This document shows positions 1 through 9,788 of a stretch of 64,000 nt of DNA, in pieces (position 1 is the stretch's first letter; each line of letters begins with the position of its first letter). The stretch is from Verrucomicrobiaceae bacterium (GTDB taxonomy: Bacteria; Verrucomicrobiota; Verrucomicrobiia; Verrucomicrobiales; Akkermansiaceae): the NCBI GenBank assembly GCA_027487355.1, contig JAIYDT010000470.1, positions 10,199 through 74,198 of the forward strand, given 5' to 3'. The notes beneath the pieces were generated by a model that was not told the origin of the DNA, made no database searches, and saw nothing but the letters and a program-made list of their open reading frames with translations. Both the position numbers and the translations under genes were made by a program.

Positions 1-423
1 TCGGCCCTTGAGTCTGGCGCAGTTGACGCCCTACTAGCCTACGAGCCGACCCTGACAACTGCTTTGAGTAAAGGAAACCGACGGATATTCGGCTCGATCT
101 ACGTGGACATGCTCAGCCCTAGCCCGATTTCGGCCTCGATCGTTTCCCGTGAGTTCGAAAAAAAGTATCCTGATGAGGTTAAGGCTTTCACGTCTGTTTT
201 GGATGAAGCCATCGGCTCGATTCGGGCTTCCCCCTCCGAAGCGCGTCGTTCCCTAGGGAACTACACCAAGCTTCCTCCAGAGGTCATCCCGCAGGTCAAT
301 ATCGTCGATGACGTGTTGTCCACCGAGGTGGATACCGCCAATTTGCAGGCGTTCATTGACCGTCTCGTGGAACTCGGTGAGCTCCCCCACTCGATCAACG
401 CGGTGGATCTCGTAAAACCGTGA
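1..423 (+). CDS. ABC transporter substrate-binding protein, NitT/TauT (SsuA-like) family, 5'-truncated by the window edge
   Basis: Frame is open from base 1 (SALESGAVDALLAYEPTLT...), typical of SsuA/NMT1 binding proteins. Its stop overlaps the ATPase start. Confidence 0.8.
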   Translation, partial: SALESGAVDALLAYEPTLTTALSKGNRRIFGSIYVDMLSPSPISASIVSREFEKKYPDEVKAFTSVLDEAIGSIRASPSEARRSLGNYTKLPPEVIPQVNIVDDVLSTEVDTANLQAFIDRLVELGELPHSINAVDLVKP

Positions 424-1214
424 ATTCAAAGCAGTCAGCGTTGGAATTGGACAGTATCGCATTTTCCTATGCAAAGGACGATACGGTGGGCAAGGGATCT
501 TTGCTCGCAAATTTCTCTCTTAGCATCGAAGCGGGCCGTATCACTGCCCTCATGGGAAGCAGCGGGAGTGGCAAAAGCACAATCGCCAAGGTAGCGGCAG
601 GGATTCTCGCTCCCGATGCCGGCAGGGTGATACGGCATCCCGGGTTCGACCGCCCCTGCGATGTGGTCTATATCGACCAGACGCCGCTTAACTCGGTCTT
701 TCCTTGGCTGGACGTCGCGGCGAACATCAGAGGGCCATTGCAAGAGCTCGGCTGGAGTGCCGCCGATGCCGCTTCCCGGACATCCTTCATCTCGGATACC
801 TTTCGTCTCACTCATGTCATGAGTTCCAAGCCCAGAACGCTGTCCGGAGGAGAGTTGCAGCGGCTTGCCCTGGCCCGAAGCTTGTCGTGGAGGCCCCAGA
901 TGGCGATCCTGGACGAAACGCTTTCCTCCCTGGATCCCAGGACGCGGAAACTGATCCTGGATGCCTTGCGACGGATTGTGCAACAAGACGGGTCGACTCT
1001 CGTTCTCATCACCCACTATCCTCAGGATGCGCTCGATCTTGCCGATCGCATCGTGGTGCTGGGTAGCCTGCCGGCGGAAATCGTGGACGACTTCCAGACT
1101 GGTGCCTCGCCCTCCCGTCCACTCGACTCATCGCTTTCGGTCGAGCTTGAGCTGCGCATCAACGAATCCGTCAGGGCGATCAACGACAAGGTAGAAACTC
1201 TCCCATGCCTCTGA
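420..1214 (+). CDS. ABC transporter ATP-binding subunit, NitT/TauT family
   Basis: Walker A GSSGSGKST, signature LSGGELQR, Walker B ILDE, H-loop LITH. Confidence 0.92.
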   Translation: MNSKQSALELDSIAFSYAKDDTVGKGSLLANFSLSIEAGRITALMGSSGSGKSTIAKVAAGILAPDAGRVIRHPGFDRPCDVVYIDQTPLNSVFPWLDVAANIRGPLQELGWSAADAASRTSFISDTFRLTHVMSSKPRTLSGGELQRLALARSLSWRPQMAILDETLSSLDPRTRKLILDALRRIVQQDGSTLVLITHYPQDALDLADRIVVLGSLPAEIVDDFQTGASPSRPLDSSLSVELELRINESVRAINDKVETLPCL

Positions 1215-2005
1215 AAAAAATCTGGCTGGGAGCAAGGATAGCCCCCGGGATCATCATCGTCGTCATCGCAGCCGTCTGGTGGCTGCTCACCCTGACCGGG
1301 GGCAGCGGCAAGCCCATGGTGGACTCCATCATTCTTCCGTCCCCGGCAGCCGTGTGGAAGGCGGGAGTCGGGCTTGTATTGGCCGGCGGTATTCTCAATG
1401 ACGCTGGCAAGACGCTGTTCAGGTTGTCATGCGCCCTTGTGTTGGCGCTTCTGGCGGGGATCCCGCTCGGGCTTCTATTTGGGCACTTCCGCGAAGTTTA
1501 CCGCTGCGTGGAGGGACTGCTTCACGCGCTGCGGTCCATTCCGGCCGCGGCGCTCTTCCCACTGTTTCTAATTGTCATCGGGGTAGGCGAGAGCAGCATC
1601 ATCATGTTGGCATGGTATAACAGTGCCACGGTGATCCTGATCGGAACGGTTTCCGGTGCTCTACTCGCCAACGAATCACGGGTTCGTCAGGGCCGCATGC
1701 TCGGAATGAACGGATGGCGCATTGCGACCCGCATTCTGTTCTGGGAGGCCCTGCCGCATATTTTTTCCAGCACCCGTGTAGCACTGGGCTACTCGCTAGC
1801 ACTGGTGATAGCGGTCGAAATGTTCATCGGCATCGGGGAAGTAGGCCTCGGCCGGAAGATCTTCGATTTTCAAGCGGCCTACCGTATTCCCGAAACCTAT
1901 GCCACCATCCTTATTACGGCTGGCCTCGGCGTCATCCTGAACGCGATCCTTTTGACCGTGGAGAATTACTCCCTCCGGTGGCTTCCACGTGGACAAGCCC
2001 GATAG
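1205..2005 (+). CDS. ABC transporter permease, SsuC/TauC-like
   Basis: Multiple TM helices; ILPSPAAV, LRSIPAAALFPL and AVEM...GLG motifs; overlaps the ATPase gene. Confidence 0.9.
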   Translation: MPLKKIWLGARIAPGIIIVVIAAVWWLLTLTGGSGKPMVDSIILPSPAAVWKAGVGLVLAGGILNDAGKTLFRLSCALVLALLAGIPLGLLFGHFREVYRCVEGLLHALRSIPAAALFPLFLIVIGVGESSIIMLAWYNSATVILIGTVSGALLANESRVRQGRMLGMNGWRIATRILFWEALPHIFSSTRVALGYSLALVIAVEMFIGIGEVGLGRKIFDFQAAYRIPETYATILITAGLGVILNAILLTVENYSLRWLPRGQAR

Positions 2006-2013
2006 CCTTAACC

Positions 2014-3630
2014 ATGCCCATGCAGCTTGCTCCCATCAACGCTTGGCCATTGAGCAACCCACCCTCGCTGACAGACTACGACAGCAGCAAGGGTGAAGCC
2101 GTCTTCAGGGAGGCGATGGAAAAGTGGCTGGAGAAAGCCCTGATCGAATACCTTCCGCCGGAAGTTGTATGCCTCGTCCCAGCACCCCTCTTGCCAGATT
2201 CCTCAAGGCTCCACCTGCCGGTTCCCTATCTCGCGCGTGCGGAACCGGAACATTACCGCGGAATTGCCCGCTTCGGAGTGGTGACGGCGTTGTTCCAGCA
2301 ACTCAAGGCTTCTCTCTTCCTGCGTATCCACGAATTCTACGTGGAGTCCGAGCCGGTGATCGTTGTCTTCCGAAGTACTTCCACCGAATTTCTGCCTGAA
2401 GATCCTACGGAAGTAAGGGTTGGCAGACTTTGCGTGATTACAGTCGCTTGCAATCAAGATGAGAAACTCCATCCTGCGGATGTCCTAGCGGAGGGCTTCG
2501 GAACGGAGGGCGAGGTGATCCGGATCCATCCGGGCGAGTTCACGCCATTTCCCGAAGCGCGTGAGCAGGCAGAGGTCAAGTTCTTCCCTAGAGGTGATAG
2601 AGGCATCATTGAGGAGGTTAACCTCCACGTAAGGGTCGAGCATCCGGACTATATGTCGATCTTGGCGCCCATTCTCCCCGAGCTGCAGGTAGTCATGGTT
2701 TTAGCCCGTTCCATCCATGACGCCCGTTGGGAAGCTCGCCGCCGCTTTGGTGCCGGCGGAGTGACCCTCCTGCTCAAGACCGGCACCACAGTCACGGAAG
2801 ACCTCGCTGTCCGTCTTTGTGCTGTCGCCCAACGGGTCGACGGACTCTTAGGCAGCCTCCATTTTGCGACCGAGGATGTAGCCCGTGCCAAGGCAGCGGC
2901 GGATGCCTTGGAGATCCTCAATCATTCGGTCGGCAATCATCTCAAGGCGATCGAACTGCGCAACCCGAACGCCGGCCCGCGTTTGCTCATCCTGCAGCGG
3001 ATTCTGCAGGGCGCTGTCGGCTTCGCCCGCCAGCAAGGGATGCCGGTGCTCGATGACCAGCAGGCACTTGCTTGGCCGCAGCTCGGATATCAGGGCCAAG
3101 CGTTTGACCAGACTTTGAGGCAGGCTCTCTGGGGACGGAATCCCGCTTTGGAGTTCTTTGTCTCCGGCTTGGAGAATGGGGCCGTCGATAGCCGGGCTCT
3201 GATGTTGATCGAGGAATTGGCTCGGAATCTAGCCTATGGTCCTCTCGAACAACCCGGGTCGATCAGGATCGATTGCGATCCCCGCAGCGGCATCGGCAGC
3301 ATACAGGTCGAAGGCTGGGCGCTGACGAGCAATCTGGAAGCGCTTTCGGACCGCTTACAAGAAATTCAGCCAGGCTCCGACGTCATGCGATTGCGTGGAA
3401 CCGCTGCCGTCATCCAATTGGCAAAGGCTCTCCAATGCTCGCGGGTTCCAGTCGCCTACGTCCTCGGTGAAGAGGCTATCGCGCGCCACCGTCAAGGCCT
3501 CCCCCCTGACCTCAGCAAGCCGGACCTTGGATTTGAGCTCTGGAGAAACTCGCCTGCCTCAGAGTCTCGGGAATCGGACGAGCGCCCCTTCCTGATGCTT
3601 TTCCAACAAATTCAAATCCAACTGCAATGA
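2014..3630 (+). CDS. Hypothetical protein with a degenerate histidine kinase-like C-terminus
   Basis: Likely ATG at 2014, just after the permease stop. H-box-like LNHSVGNHL, N-box-like IEELARNLAYG, G2-like RGTAAVIQLAKAL. Its stop overlaps the start of the activator gene. Confidence 0.55.
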   Translation: MPMQLAPINAWPLSNPPSLTDYDSSKGEAVFREAMEKWLEKALIEYLPPEVVCLVPAPLLPDSSRLHLPVPYLARAEPEHYRGIARFGVVTALFQQLKASLFLRIHEFYVESEPVIVVFRSTSTEFLPEDPTEVRVGRLCVITVACNQDEKLHPADVLAEGFGTEGEVIRIHPGEFTPFPEAREQAEVKFFPRGDRGIIEEVNLHVRVEHPDYMSILAPILPELQVVMVLARSIHDARWEARRRFGAGGVTLLLKTGTTVTEDLAVRLCAVAQRVDGLLGSLHFATEDVARAKAAADALEILNHSVGNHLKAIELRNPNAGPRLLILQRILQGAVGFARQQGMPVLDDQQALAWPQLGYQGQAFDQTLRQALWGRNPALEFFVSGLENGAVDSRALMLIEELARNLAYGPLEQPGSIRIDCDPRSGIGSIQVEGWALTSNLEALSDRLQEIQPGSDVMRLRGTAAVIQLAKALQCSRVPVAYVLGEEAIARHRQGLPPDLSKPDLGFELWRNSPASESRESDERPFLMLFQQIQIQLQ

Positions 3631-6005
3631 ACCGAACCTTTCGCATTCTGCTCATTGATGACGACTTTGCACCGGACATCGCGGAAACACCCGATGCAGG
3701 CGCAGAATGCAATTGGACTGCGATCCAATGCGGAGTGATAGCAAAGCTTCTCCCTAGGCAGGACGTGGAACTCATCGTTGCTGCGGATGCGGCGCTCTCC
3801 CAAGTCTGGAGAATTCCCGACAGTGGCGCGTCCACGGTCATCAAGGTTCTCGCTCCCCACGAGCACCCATCGAAATTCAAAGACATGGAGTGCGACTTTT
3901 ACGCTGAGTTTCTCTCCAAGGCCGACGTAATACTTCTCGATATTGGCAATATTGGTCCAAGTAGAGACTGGTCGGTCTTCCAACAGGCTGCAATTTCGAA
4001 TTTTGCTAAACTCGGTCTCGATGCGCCTGATCAGAAACTTGAGGCGGGACGACATGATGGCATTGGGTTCTTTCACCTCTGTCTGGAACGCTTCTCCAAA
4101 AACAGCCTCGTGATCATCCTGACCCAATATGACTCAAGCGCGGATTCGCTCGATGATGCCTACCTTCATGCCTTCACTGTGCAGGACTTCAGCTCGGGCT
4201 GCGGCACCTCATGCCAAGCTCCGGATCTGCCCTACGTGGTGAAGTTTGACAAGAAATCGCAGAATGGGAACGAGTGGATTTCCGATCTGGTCGAAGGGCA
4301 TTACGATTTTTTCCAATCTGATCTCAGTGAAGCCACCAACCGCTTCCAGATTTCCTTCGCGGCAAGTCATGACCAGCCGGTCATGATCGTCGGCGAGTCG
4401 GGAACCGGAAAGGAGGGAATCGCGAAGTTCATCCACAAGCAGTGGGCGCGACGGAAAAATCGGCTTTACCAACATCACAAAGCGGGGCGCTTCCAAGTTA
4501 TCAATTGCGGCGGCCTGTCTGAGCACATGGCTCATTCGGAGCTCTTCGGTTATATCAAAGGATCCTTCACCGGAGCAGACGAACATCGCCTGGGCAAGGC
4601 ATTTATTGCAGCGGGGATCGATCCTCTCAGCAAGGGGGGGGCATCGTCCAACGGACCCTCCAAACTTGAAGAAAATGCCAAGGAAGCACTCGCCGGCCTG
4701 AAGTCGGGCTTTGACCAATTAGACCGGGCTGAGCAAGAGAACAAGTGGGATGTCTTCCGCCGAAAGGTGCTACCTCATTTGAATCAATTCTTCCGGCGTG
4801 ACGGAACGGGCCCACCCTTGCTTACCAATTTGATCACGGCATTGAAGCAGATCGAGAAAGCACTCAATACTGCAACCAAAGCGAGCGCCAATTCCGAGTT
4901 TCATCGCTCCCTTCAGGAGAAGTCGGCTTCCCTCTTGAGATCTCCGGCGACACCTCAAAGCAAGAGTAATGGGCTTGAGGATTACGAGTTGAACGAGTGG
5001 GATCTCGAATACGCTCTCGACGAACCGATAGGCACGCTCTTTCTAGATGAGTTTGCAGACCTGCCCCTTCCGGTCCAAACCCTACTCTTGCGCTTCCTGC
5101 AGTCGGGCGAAGTCCAGCCCCATGGATTCAGCGGGCGAGTCCTTGGTCTCAAGGTAAGAATCATCGTCGCCACCAGCGACTCGCGCGTGGCAGAGTTTGC
5201 GGGAACCCCGGTGACGGATGATTTCCGCACAGAGGAGGAGCTCGCTCGTCCCCTGCGCAACGACCTGTTGCACCGGGTCCGCTTCCAGGTGATCCGCGCG
5301 GAACCTGTGGTTGCTGACAACATCGAACGGATCTTGAGGGAGATGATCGCCCGCAAGCCCGCAGTCGTTTGGCATGAGGACGCGATCGGCTACTTCGTTG
5401 CTGAGATCAAGAAGATGATCCAGCCGGGAGCTAAACCTCGACCCGCGACCAAACCCGGCTTCATCCGTCGTGCATCCTTTGGTCACCGCAGGGAGTTGCA
5501 ACGTGTGGTCGATCTGGTTTGGGAATACTCGAAGTCTGTTTCGGTGCGCGGGGTCAGGGATGCTGGGTTGAAGATGACCAAAGCAGGCAGTCTTGAAGCG
5601 CAAAAAGGTCTCATTGAGAGATTGTGGCGGCCTGCAATGATCGTCTCCACGGATCGAGGCGCGTCGAAAGCCACTCAAGTGGAGACGGTGAAAAACGAGG
5701 ATCTCGAAGGAGCGAGGGCACTGTTCGTTGCAGGGATCAACGGCATCCTCGGGAAGGCTTTGGATCCGGAGAATTGGACATGGGATCGCGATGTTCAGGG
5801 AAATCGAAGCCTCGTTGAAAACTCGGGGATGGTGAATGCGGTCCTCAAAAAAGTGTTTAGGACCTACAGAGGCGAGGCGAAGGAGGAGAGTGTTCGCTGG
5901 GCATTGGCAGGGCCAGGATTTCGAGGCAGTGAGCCCAAGAAGAAGAACTCCTTTTTCAAAAAATTTCCGCCCGCTCAAAAATCGATGACCCCGCCAAAGG
6001 GATAG
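3627..6005 (+). CDS. Sigma-54-dependent enhancer-binding protein (NtrC-like) with a receiver-like N-terminus and a large insertion in the AAA+ domain
   Basis: RILLIDDD and DVILLDI receiver motifs; GESGTGKE; ELFGYIKGSFTGA; GTLFLDE; LLRFLQ; LRNDLLHR; RRELQRVV. Confidence 0.88.
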   Translation: MNRTFRILLIDDDFAPDIAETPDAGAECNWTAIQCGVIAKLLPRQDVELIVAADAALSQVWRIPDSGASTVIKVLAPHEHPSKFKDMECDFYAEFLSKADVILLDIGNIGPSRDWSVFQQAAISNFAKLGLDAPDQKLEAGRHDGIGFFHLCLERFSKNSLVIILTQYDSSADSLDDAYLHAFTVQDFSSGCGTSCQAPDLPYVVKFDKKSQNGNEWISDLVEGHYDFFQSDLSEATNRFQISFAASHDQPVMIVGESGTGKEGIAKFIHKQWARRKNRLYQHHKAGRFQVINCGGLSEHMAHSELFGYIKGSFTGADEHRLGKAFIAAGIDPLSKGGASSNGPSKLEENAKEALAGLKSGFDQLDRAEQENKWDVFRRKVLPHLNQFFRRDGTGPPLLTNLITALKQIEKALNTATKASANSEFHRSLQEKSASLLRSPATPQSKSNGLEDYELNEWDLEYALDEPIGTLFLDEFADLPLPVQTLLLRFLQSGEVQPHGFSGRVLGLKVRIIVATSDSRVAEFAGTPVTDDFRTEEELARPLRNDLLHRVRFQVIRAEPVVADNIERILREMIARKPAVVWHEDAIGYFVAEIKKMIQPGAKPRPATKPGFIRRASFGHRRELQRVVDLVWEYSKSVSVRGVRDAGLKMTKAGSLEAQKGLIERLWRPAMIVSTDRGASKATQVETVKNEDLEGARALFVAGINGILGKALDPENWTWDRDVQGNRSLVENSGMVNAVLKKVFRTYRGEAKEESVRWALAGPGFRGSEPKKKNSFFKKFPPAQKSMTPPKG

Positions 6006-6077
6006 GAAGTCAGAGCCTCCCGATCACGAGTATTCACGGGATTTCCTTGGAGCGAACCTTACCAACTTTGGCGGTGC

Positions 6078-6187
6078 CACCACCGATCCAGGTGGTGATG
6101 ATTTTTTCATCAATCCTAACCCTCTAAACTTCGTCGTGTTATGAATTAATCTTCGTCGCCACCATGAGACTTGGCACGCCTGATGGA
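6078..6187 (+). promoter_or_regulatory. Candidate sigma-54 promoter with upstream palindromes
   Basis: TGGCACG-N4-ATGGA at 6172-6187 has a consensus -24 element and GG in place of GC at -12. Inverted repeats CACCACC-N6-GGTGGTG (6078-6097) and TGATGA-N5-TCATCA (6096-6112) lie upstream. Confidence 0.45.
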
Positions 6188-6243
6188 AGGAGGATGGCAA
6201 GCATTCGGAATCCGAATGCGAAACCTGCATCCCAATATCCATC

Positions 6244-7497
6244 ATGAACACCTCGATTGCTGCCCCCGGAGCTTCTCCCAAGGGGCCCTCCAACCAGAAA
6301 TACCACGATCAAACCACAGTCACGCGCAGCCTTACGGTTGCAAGTGCCGGCAAGAAATTGCGCGCAGCCTTCCAGAGGGTGCCCAACTTCTATCCGGACG
6401 AGTGGCCGCTCGGCGCAATTGTCATCTACCTCGGCCTCATCGCGGCGGGTTGCTACAGTGGCTTCATCCTGTGGAGCCTGACTAGCCTTTCCGGCAACAT
6501 CGTGCTCGCCGTGTCGGCACCCTCGTTGATCGCCGCATTGGAATTCATCCTCGTGCCGCTGGTGAAGTACGGAAGCCTTCGCGACAAGCAGATCGCCACA
6601 CTCAAGGCCTTCGTAGCGGAGAACCGCCCCGCGCAGGACGCCGCCAATCATGCGGCCAGTGCATGGGGCTGGCGTGACTGGGTCGCGATGATTATCCTCG
6701 CACTCTGCTTCGTGGCCAAGGCCATGGTGCTACTCAGCTTCGGCACCTTCCAGCCAACCGCCGTGCTCGCCGCGAACTGGACGATTGCTGGCCTGGATTT
6801 CGTCCTCCACCTCGGCGGTCTCTCCACCCGGGTACCCTGCTTCGTCCTGTCGCGCCTCCTCGATCGGCTGCACCTACGCAAGCGCCGAAGCGAGGGATAC
6901 CATCATTTGTCCACCGCGGGTGTGTCATCGCTTTCTATTCTCGCCTTCCGCGAGTTTCCCTTCACTACAGGTGTCGAGATCCGCCTCGGTGAGGTCGGTG
7001 GGCATGTTTTGGAGCATCTCAGCACGGACGACTCCGGCTGGCATTACGTCATGCACTCCCCAGGAACGCTAGACGACTCCGACCGCGCAAGCTTCCTCAA
7101 CCGCCAGCCGAATTCTCTGGCCCAAGTTGCCCTCTCCCGTGCCTTAGCCCGCATCCAGCTGGAACAGCTCTCGGCCCCCGAGCAGCGCGAGATGAGCCCG
7201 CCTGCCCCCCCCCGCAGGGCCGCTGCAAACCCCTACCGCTGCCCCTACCGCTGCCCCTACCGCTGCCCCTACCGCTGCCCCTACCGCTGCCCCTACCCCT
7301 ACCCCTACCCCTACCCCTACCCCTACCCCTACCCCTACCCCTACCGCTACCGCTACCCCTACCCCTACCCCTACCCCTACCCCTACCCCTACCCCTACCC
7401 CTACCGCTACCGCTACCGCTACCTCTACCCACGCAGAAATATGAGCCGCTTCCTCTCAACGCTCATCCCAACGATAACCACCTATCCACGCTCATGA
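6244..7497 (+). CDS. Hypothetical multi-pass membrane protein with a low-complexity repeat tail
   Basis: About four hydrophobic helices. C-terminal (PYRC)n(PY)n tail encoded by a microsatellite. ATGA overlap with the next gene. Confidence 0.7.
   Translation: MNTSIAAPGASPKGPSNQKYHDQTTVTRSLTVASAGKKLRAAFQRVPNFYPDEWPLGAIVIYLGLIAAGCYSGFILWSLTSLSGNIVLAVSAPSLIAALEFILVPLVKYGSLRDKQIATLKAFVAENRPAQDAANHAASAWGWRDWVAMIILALCFVAKAMVLLSFGTFQPTAVLAANWTIAGLDFVLHLGGLSTRVPCFVLSRLLDRLHLRKRRSEGYHHLSTAGVSSLSILAFREFPFTTGVEIRLGEVGGHVLEHLSTDDSGWHYVMHSPGTLDDSDRASFLNRQPNSLAQVALSRALARIQLEQLSAPEQREMSPPAPPRRAAANPYRCPYRCPYRCPYRCPYRCPYPYPYPYPYPYPYPYPYRYRYPYPYPYPYPYPYPYPYRYRYRYLYPRRNMSRFLSTLIPTITTYPRS
7231..7428. repeat. Microsatellite: (CCCTACCGCTGC)x5 followed by CCCTAC/CGCTAC hexamers
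   Basis: Read directly from the sequence; preceded by a C9 run at 7205-7213. Confidence 0.97.
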
Positions 7498-8750
7498 AAA
7501 ATCTAATCATCCTTATCGGGCTTGCTGCCCTTCTCGTTCTGAGCTCCTGCACCAAGAATCCGGCCACAGCCGGCTCGCCCGAAGGTGAAGCCAGTCTCGT
7601 GATCACCCAACCGAAAGATCCGGCCTCGATCACGCCGGTGCTGGAAGTCCTGCGCCAGGCCCTCACCCGCACCGCAGAGTCCTCGAACGGTGCCCACGTC
7701 CCTTGCCCCCAAATCAGCGTGCTGTTGCCGGACGGCAAGCTGGCTGGTATCGATGCTCCCAACGTGGATGGCGGGCTTTTCGGCTCGACCAGCCCTAAGG
7801 CCCGCCAAGCCCGCTTGGAAGGCTTGATGGCAGCCTTGGAGGCGCGGTTGACCGCAGGTTGCGGAGGGGAGACCGTCGACTTACAGTTGCTGAAAGACCA
7901 CCAGACCCGCGGATTGAGGCCGGGACCGTTCAGTGTTTGGGCTGCTGCAGGGGGTGACAATCCTTGGGCCGCCGGAGAAAAAGAATGCCCCCAGGAATTC
8001 TTCGAGGACCGCTCAACGTTCTCCGACCGGCTGAGCGGTTCGCATGGACAAAGTGCTAACTTTCTGGTCGTGTCCGATGCAATGCCGACGGCCATTTCCC
8101 GGAACGGTAAGAAGCGGTCTACCGAGATCCCGGTGGTGGTGCCTGCAACACCGCCGACGCTCTCGCCCGCAACGGACAAGGTGGCCATCGAGAAAACTCT
8201 AGCCATGGGTGAGCCTAAAAGGACGGTCGTGACTGAGCAGCGCGGAGGAGACACGTTTATCGTGGACGTCAAAAACTACCCATCGTCGGATAGTCACCAG
8301 CAAAAGGAAAATCCTGATAGCAGTGGTGAACGCGGACCATCGGTCTCTTTACCCTCCGGGGTGGTGCCTTTGGGTGATGAGATTCACTTCGCGACTAATA
8401 GCGCGAAGCTTGATCCGAACGGTTTTGCTGTCGTGGCACGCGCCGCAGCGATTGTCAGGACACGCGGCGAGACAAGCCAGCCTCGCTTGTTCCTTGTTGC
8501 AAAGGCTGATTATCGTAACGCTGAGTTTCATAATGAGAATCTGTCGAGGAAACGGGGGGAAGCAGTGCAGGCGGCCTTCCTTGCCGAGAGAATCTCAATT
8601 GAAAAGATCATCGCTGTGGGAGAATCATTGAGCCCAGATAGCGGGGACAGTAAGATGCTGGCGGGGCAGAGGAGCGTGCAGATCTGGATGCTTCCGGACC
8701 AAAGTGTGAACCGCAAGGATTCAGCCTCGGAGGATCTGAATGTGAAATAA
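7494..8750 (+). CDS. Lipoprotein with a C-terminal OmpA-like peptidoglycan-binding domain
   Basis: Lipobox LSSC after a hydrophobic signal peptide; IHFATNSAKL, NENLSRKRGEAV and QRSVQI motifs. Confidence 0.85.
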   Translation: MKNLIILIGLAALLVLSSCTKNPATAGSPEGEASLVITQPKDPASITPVLEVLRQALTRTAESSNGAHVPCPQISVLLPDGKLAGIDAPNVDGGLFGSTSPKARQARLEGLMAALEARLTAGCGGETVDLQLLKDHQTRGLRPGPFSVWAAAGGDNPWAAGEKECPQEFFEDRSTFSDRLSGSHGQSANFLVVSDAMPTAISRNGKKRSTEIPVVVPATPPTLSPATDKVAIEKTLAMGEPKRTVVTEQRGGDTFIVDVKNYPSSDSHQQKENPDSSGERGPSVSLPSGVVPLGDEIHFATNSAKLDPNGFAVVARAAAIVRTRGETSQPRLFLVAKADYRNAEFHNENLSRKRGEAVQAAFLAERISIEKIIAVGESLSPDSGDSKMLAGQRSVQIWMLPDQSVNRKDSASEDLNVK

Positions 8751-8762
8751 AGAATGGTAAAT

Positions 8763-8792
8763 CAGTCGGCCGACCATAGATTCGGCCGACTG
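8763..8792 (+). terminator. Stem-loop, probable intrinsic terminator
   Basis: Perfect 11-bp stem CAGTCGGCCGA/TCGGCCGACTG with an 8-nt loop, 12 nt after the OmpA stop, followed by TATTT. Confidence 0.65.
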
Positions 8793-8917
8793 TATTTCAA
8801 TATTCGAAGTGTTGGTCAGTACGACAATGTCGATGCAGTTTTGACTAAGCAGATCAGACATCTCTGTCGGCCTTCACAAGCCACTAGAACTCCTCCGCTT
8901 TATCGAGAAGAACTTCG

Positions 8918-9025
8918 CCCCGCTCAACGCGATGCTGGAGCGAGCCGAGATGACCGAGCAGGACATCTACAACCGGACCAAGGAGGTCTTCGTCAATTTA
9001 TGACGCGGAGCCGCCGGAGGAGTGA
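8918..9025 (+). repeat. Imperfect direct repeat, copy 1 (3' end of a lost gene)
   Basis: CCCCGCTCAACGCGATG...GCAGGACATCTACA...CCGCCGGAGGAGTGA recurs at 11524-11628. Reads PLNAMLERAEMTEQDIYNRTKEVF. Confidence 0.85.
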
Positions 9026-9094
9026 AGGACTTCATCGATGGGTCAGTTGAGTTGTGCGTCATAAGACCTTCTCCAGATTTCCGACTGCACTCAG

Positions 9095-9277
9095 TTGATT
9101 GAAATACCGGCCTCGGCCAAACCGAAAACTTCGGAAGCCCAGGCCGCCCGGACCAAGAAACTCCTCTACGTCGGCATGACCCGGGCGATGGAGCGGCTGC
9201 TGATCACTGCTTTGGGGAAAAATGACCAAACGGAGAAGCTGGGATTGATGACGGGGCCGGTTTGTGCAGTCGCGTAG
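9095..9277 (+). pseudogene. UvrD/SF1 helicase C-terminal remnant (motif VI)
   Basis: KKLLYVGMTRAMERLLITA, with no upstream helicase core. Confidence 0.75.
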
Positions 9278-9423
9278 CTATGGACCCAATTCAGCACTAT
9301 GCCTGCCTATACATTCCGCTTCCGGTTTCCAGCCAACGTACCAGCAAAATTGATTGTTTCCTGCGGAGGCGCTCGTTAGTTTTTTGTAAGAATCACCGTA
9401 TCCATTCAGACCGTTTACAAGCC

Positions 9424-9747
9424 ATGATCGATTACCAGAAACTCAGGTCCAAGCTGGACAACTCGCCTCCCAATCAATGGGACCAAATCGTGGAAAATGC
9501 GATCGAAGTTTACGAATCCAAGGTGACCGAATTGCCCGGTGAAGTAATGGGCTCCGCCGTAAGCGATGTTGAAGTCGATGATGGTCTGGTGACGGCCTCT
9601 GTTTACTATTGCATGCTGGGCGCTTGCAATGCCGACGAAGACGGTCCCTATCAGGACTGCGACGGCGAATCCTACGATCAAGAAGAATCGGAATACAATT
9701 TCGTTGTTAGCATCACCCCAGGCGGCACCAAATGGGAATCAGCCTAG
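9424..9747 (+). CDS. Small acidic hypothetical protein
   Basis: ATG at 9424; D/E-rich 107-aa ORF directly upstream of the NYN gene. Confidence 0.55.
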   Translation: MIDYQKLRSKLDNSPPNQWDQIVENAIEVYESKVTELPGEVMGSAVSDVEVDDGLVTASVYYCMLGACNADEDGPYQDCDGESYDQEESEYNFVVSITPGGTKWESA

Positions 9748-9788
9748 ACGAATGCCTTTCGCGTCACACCCCACCCAATCATCCCCAA

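Noticed and set aside
1714-2013. N-terminal extension of the 638-aa ORF
   Set aside because: It overlaps the permease gene by about 290 nt; the ATG at 2014 is more plausible.
4615-5025. Intein within the sigma-54 activator
   Set aside because: No Cys/Ser start with a His-Asn end and no LAGLIDADG motif were recognised.
7231-7428. Possible CRISPR array or telomere-like repeat
   Set aside because: Units are 6-12 bp with no unique spacers and no cas genes nearby; it is a simple microsatellite inside a CDS.
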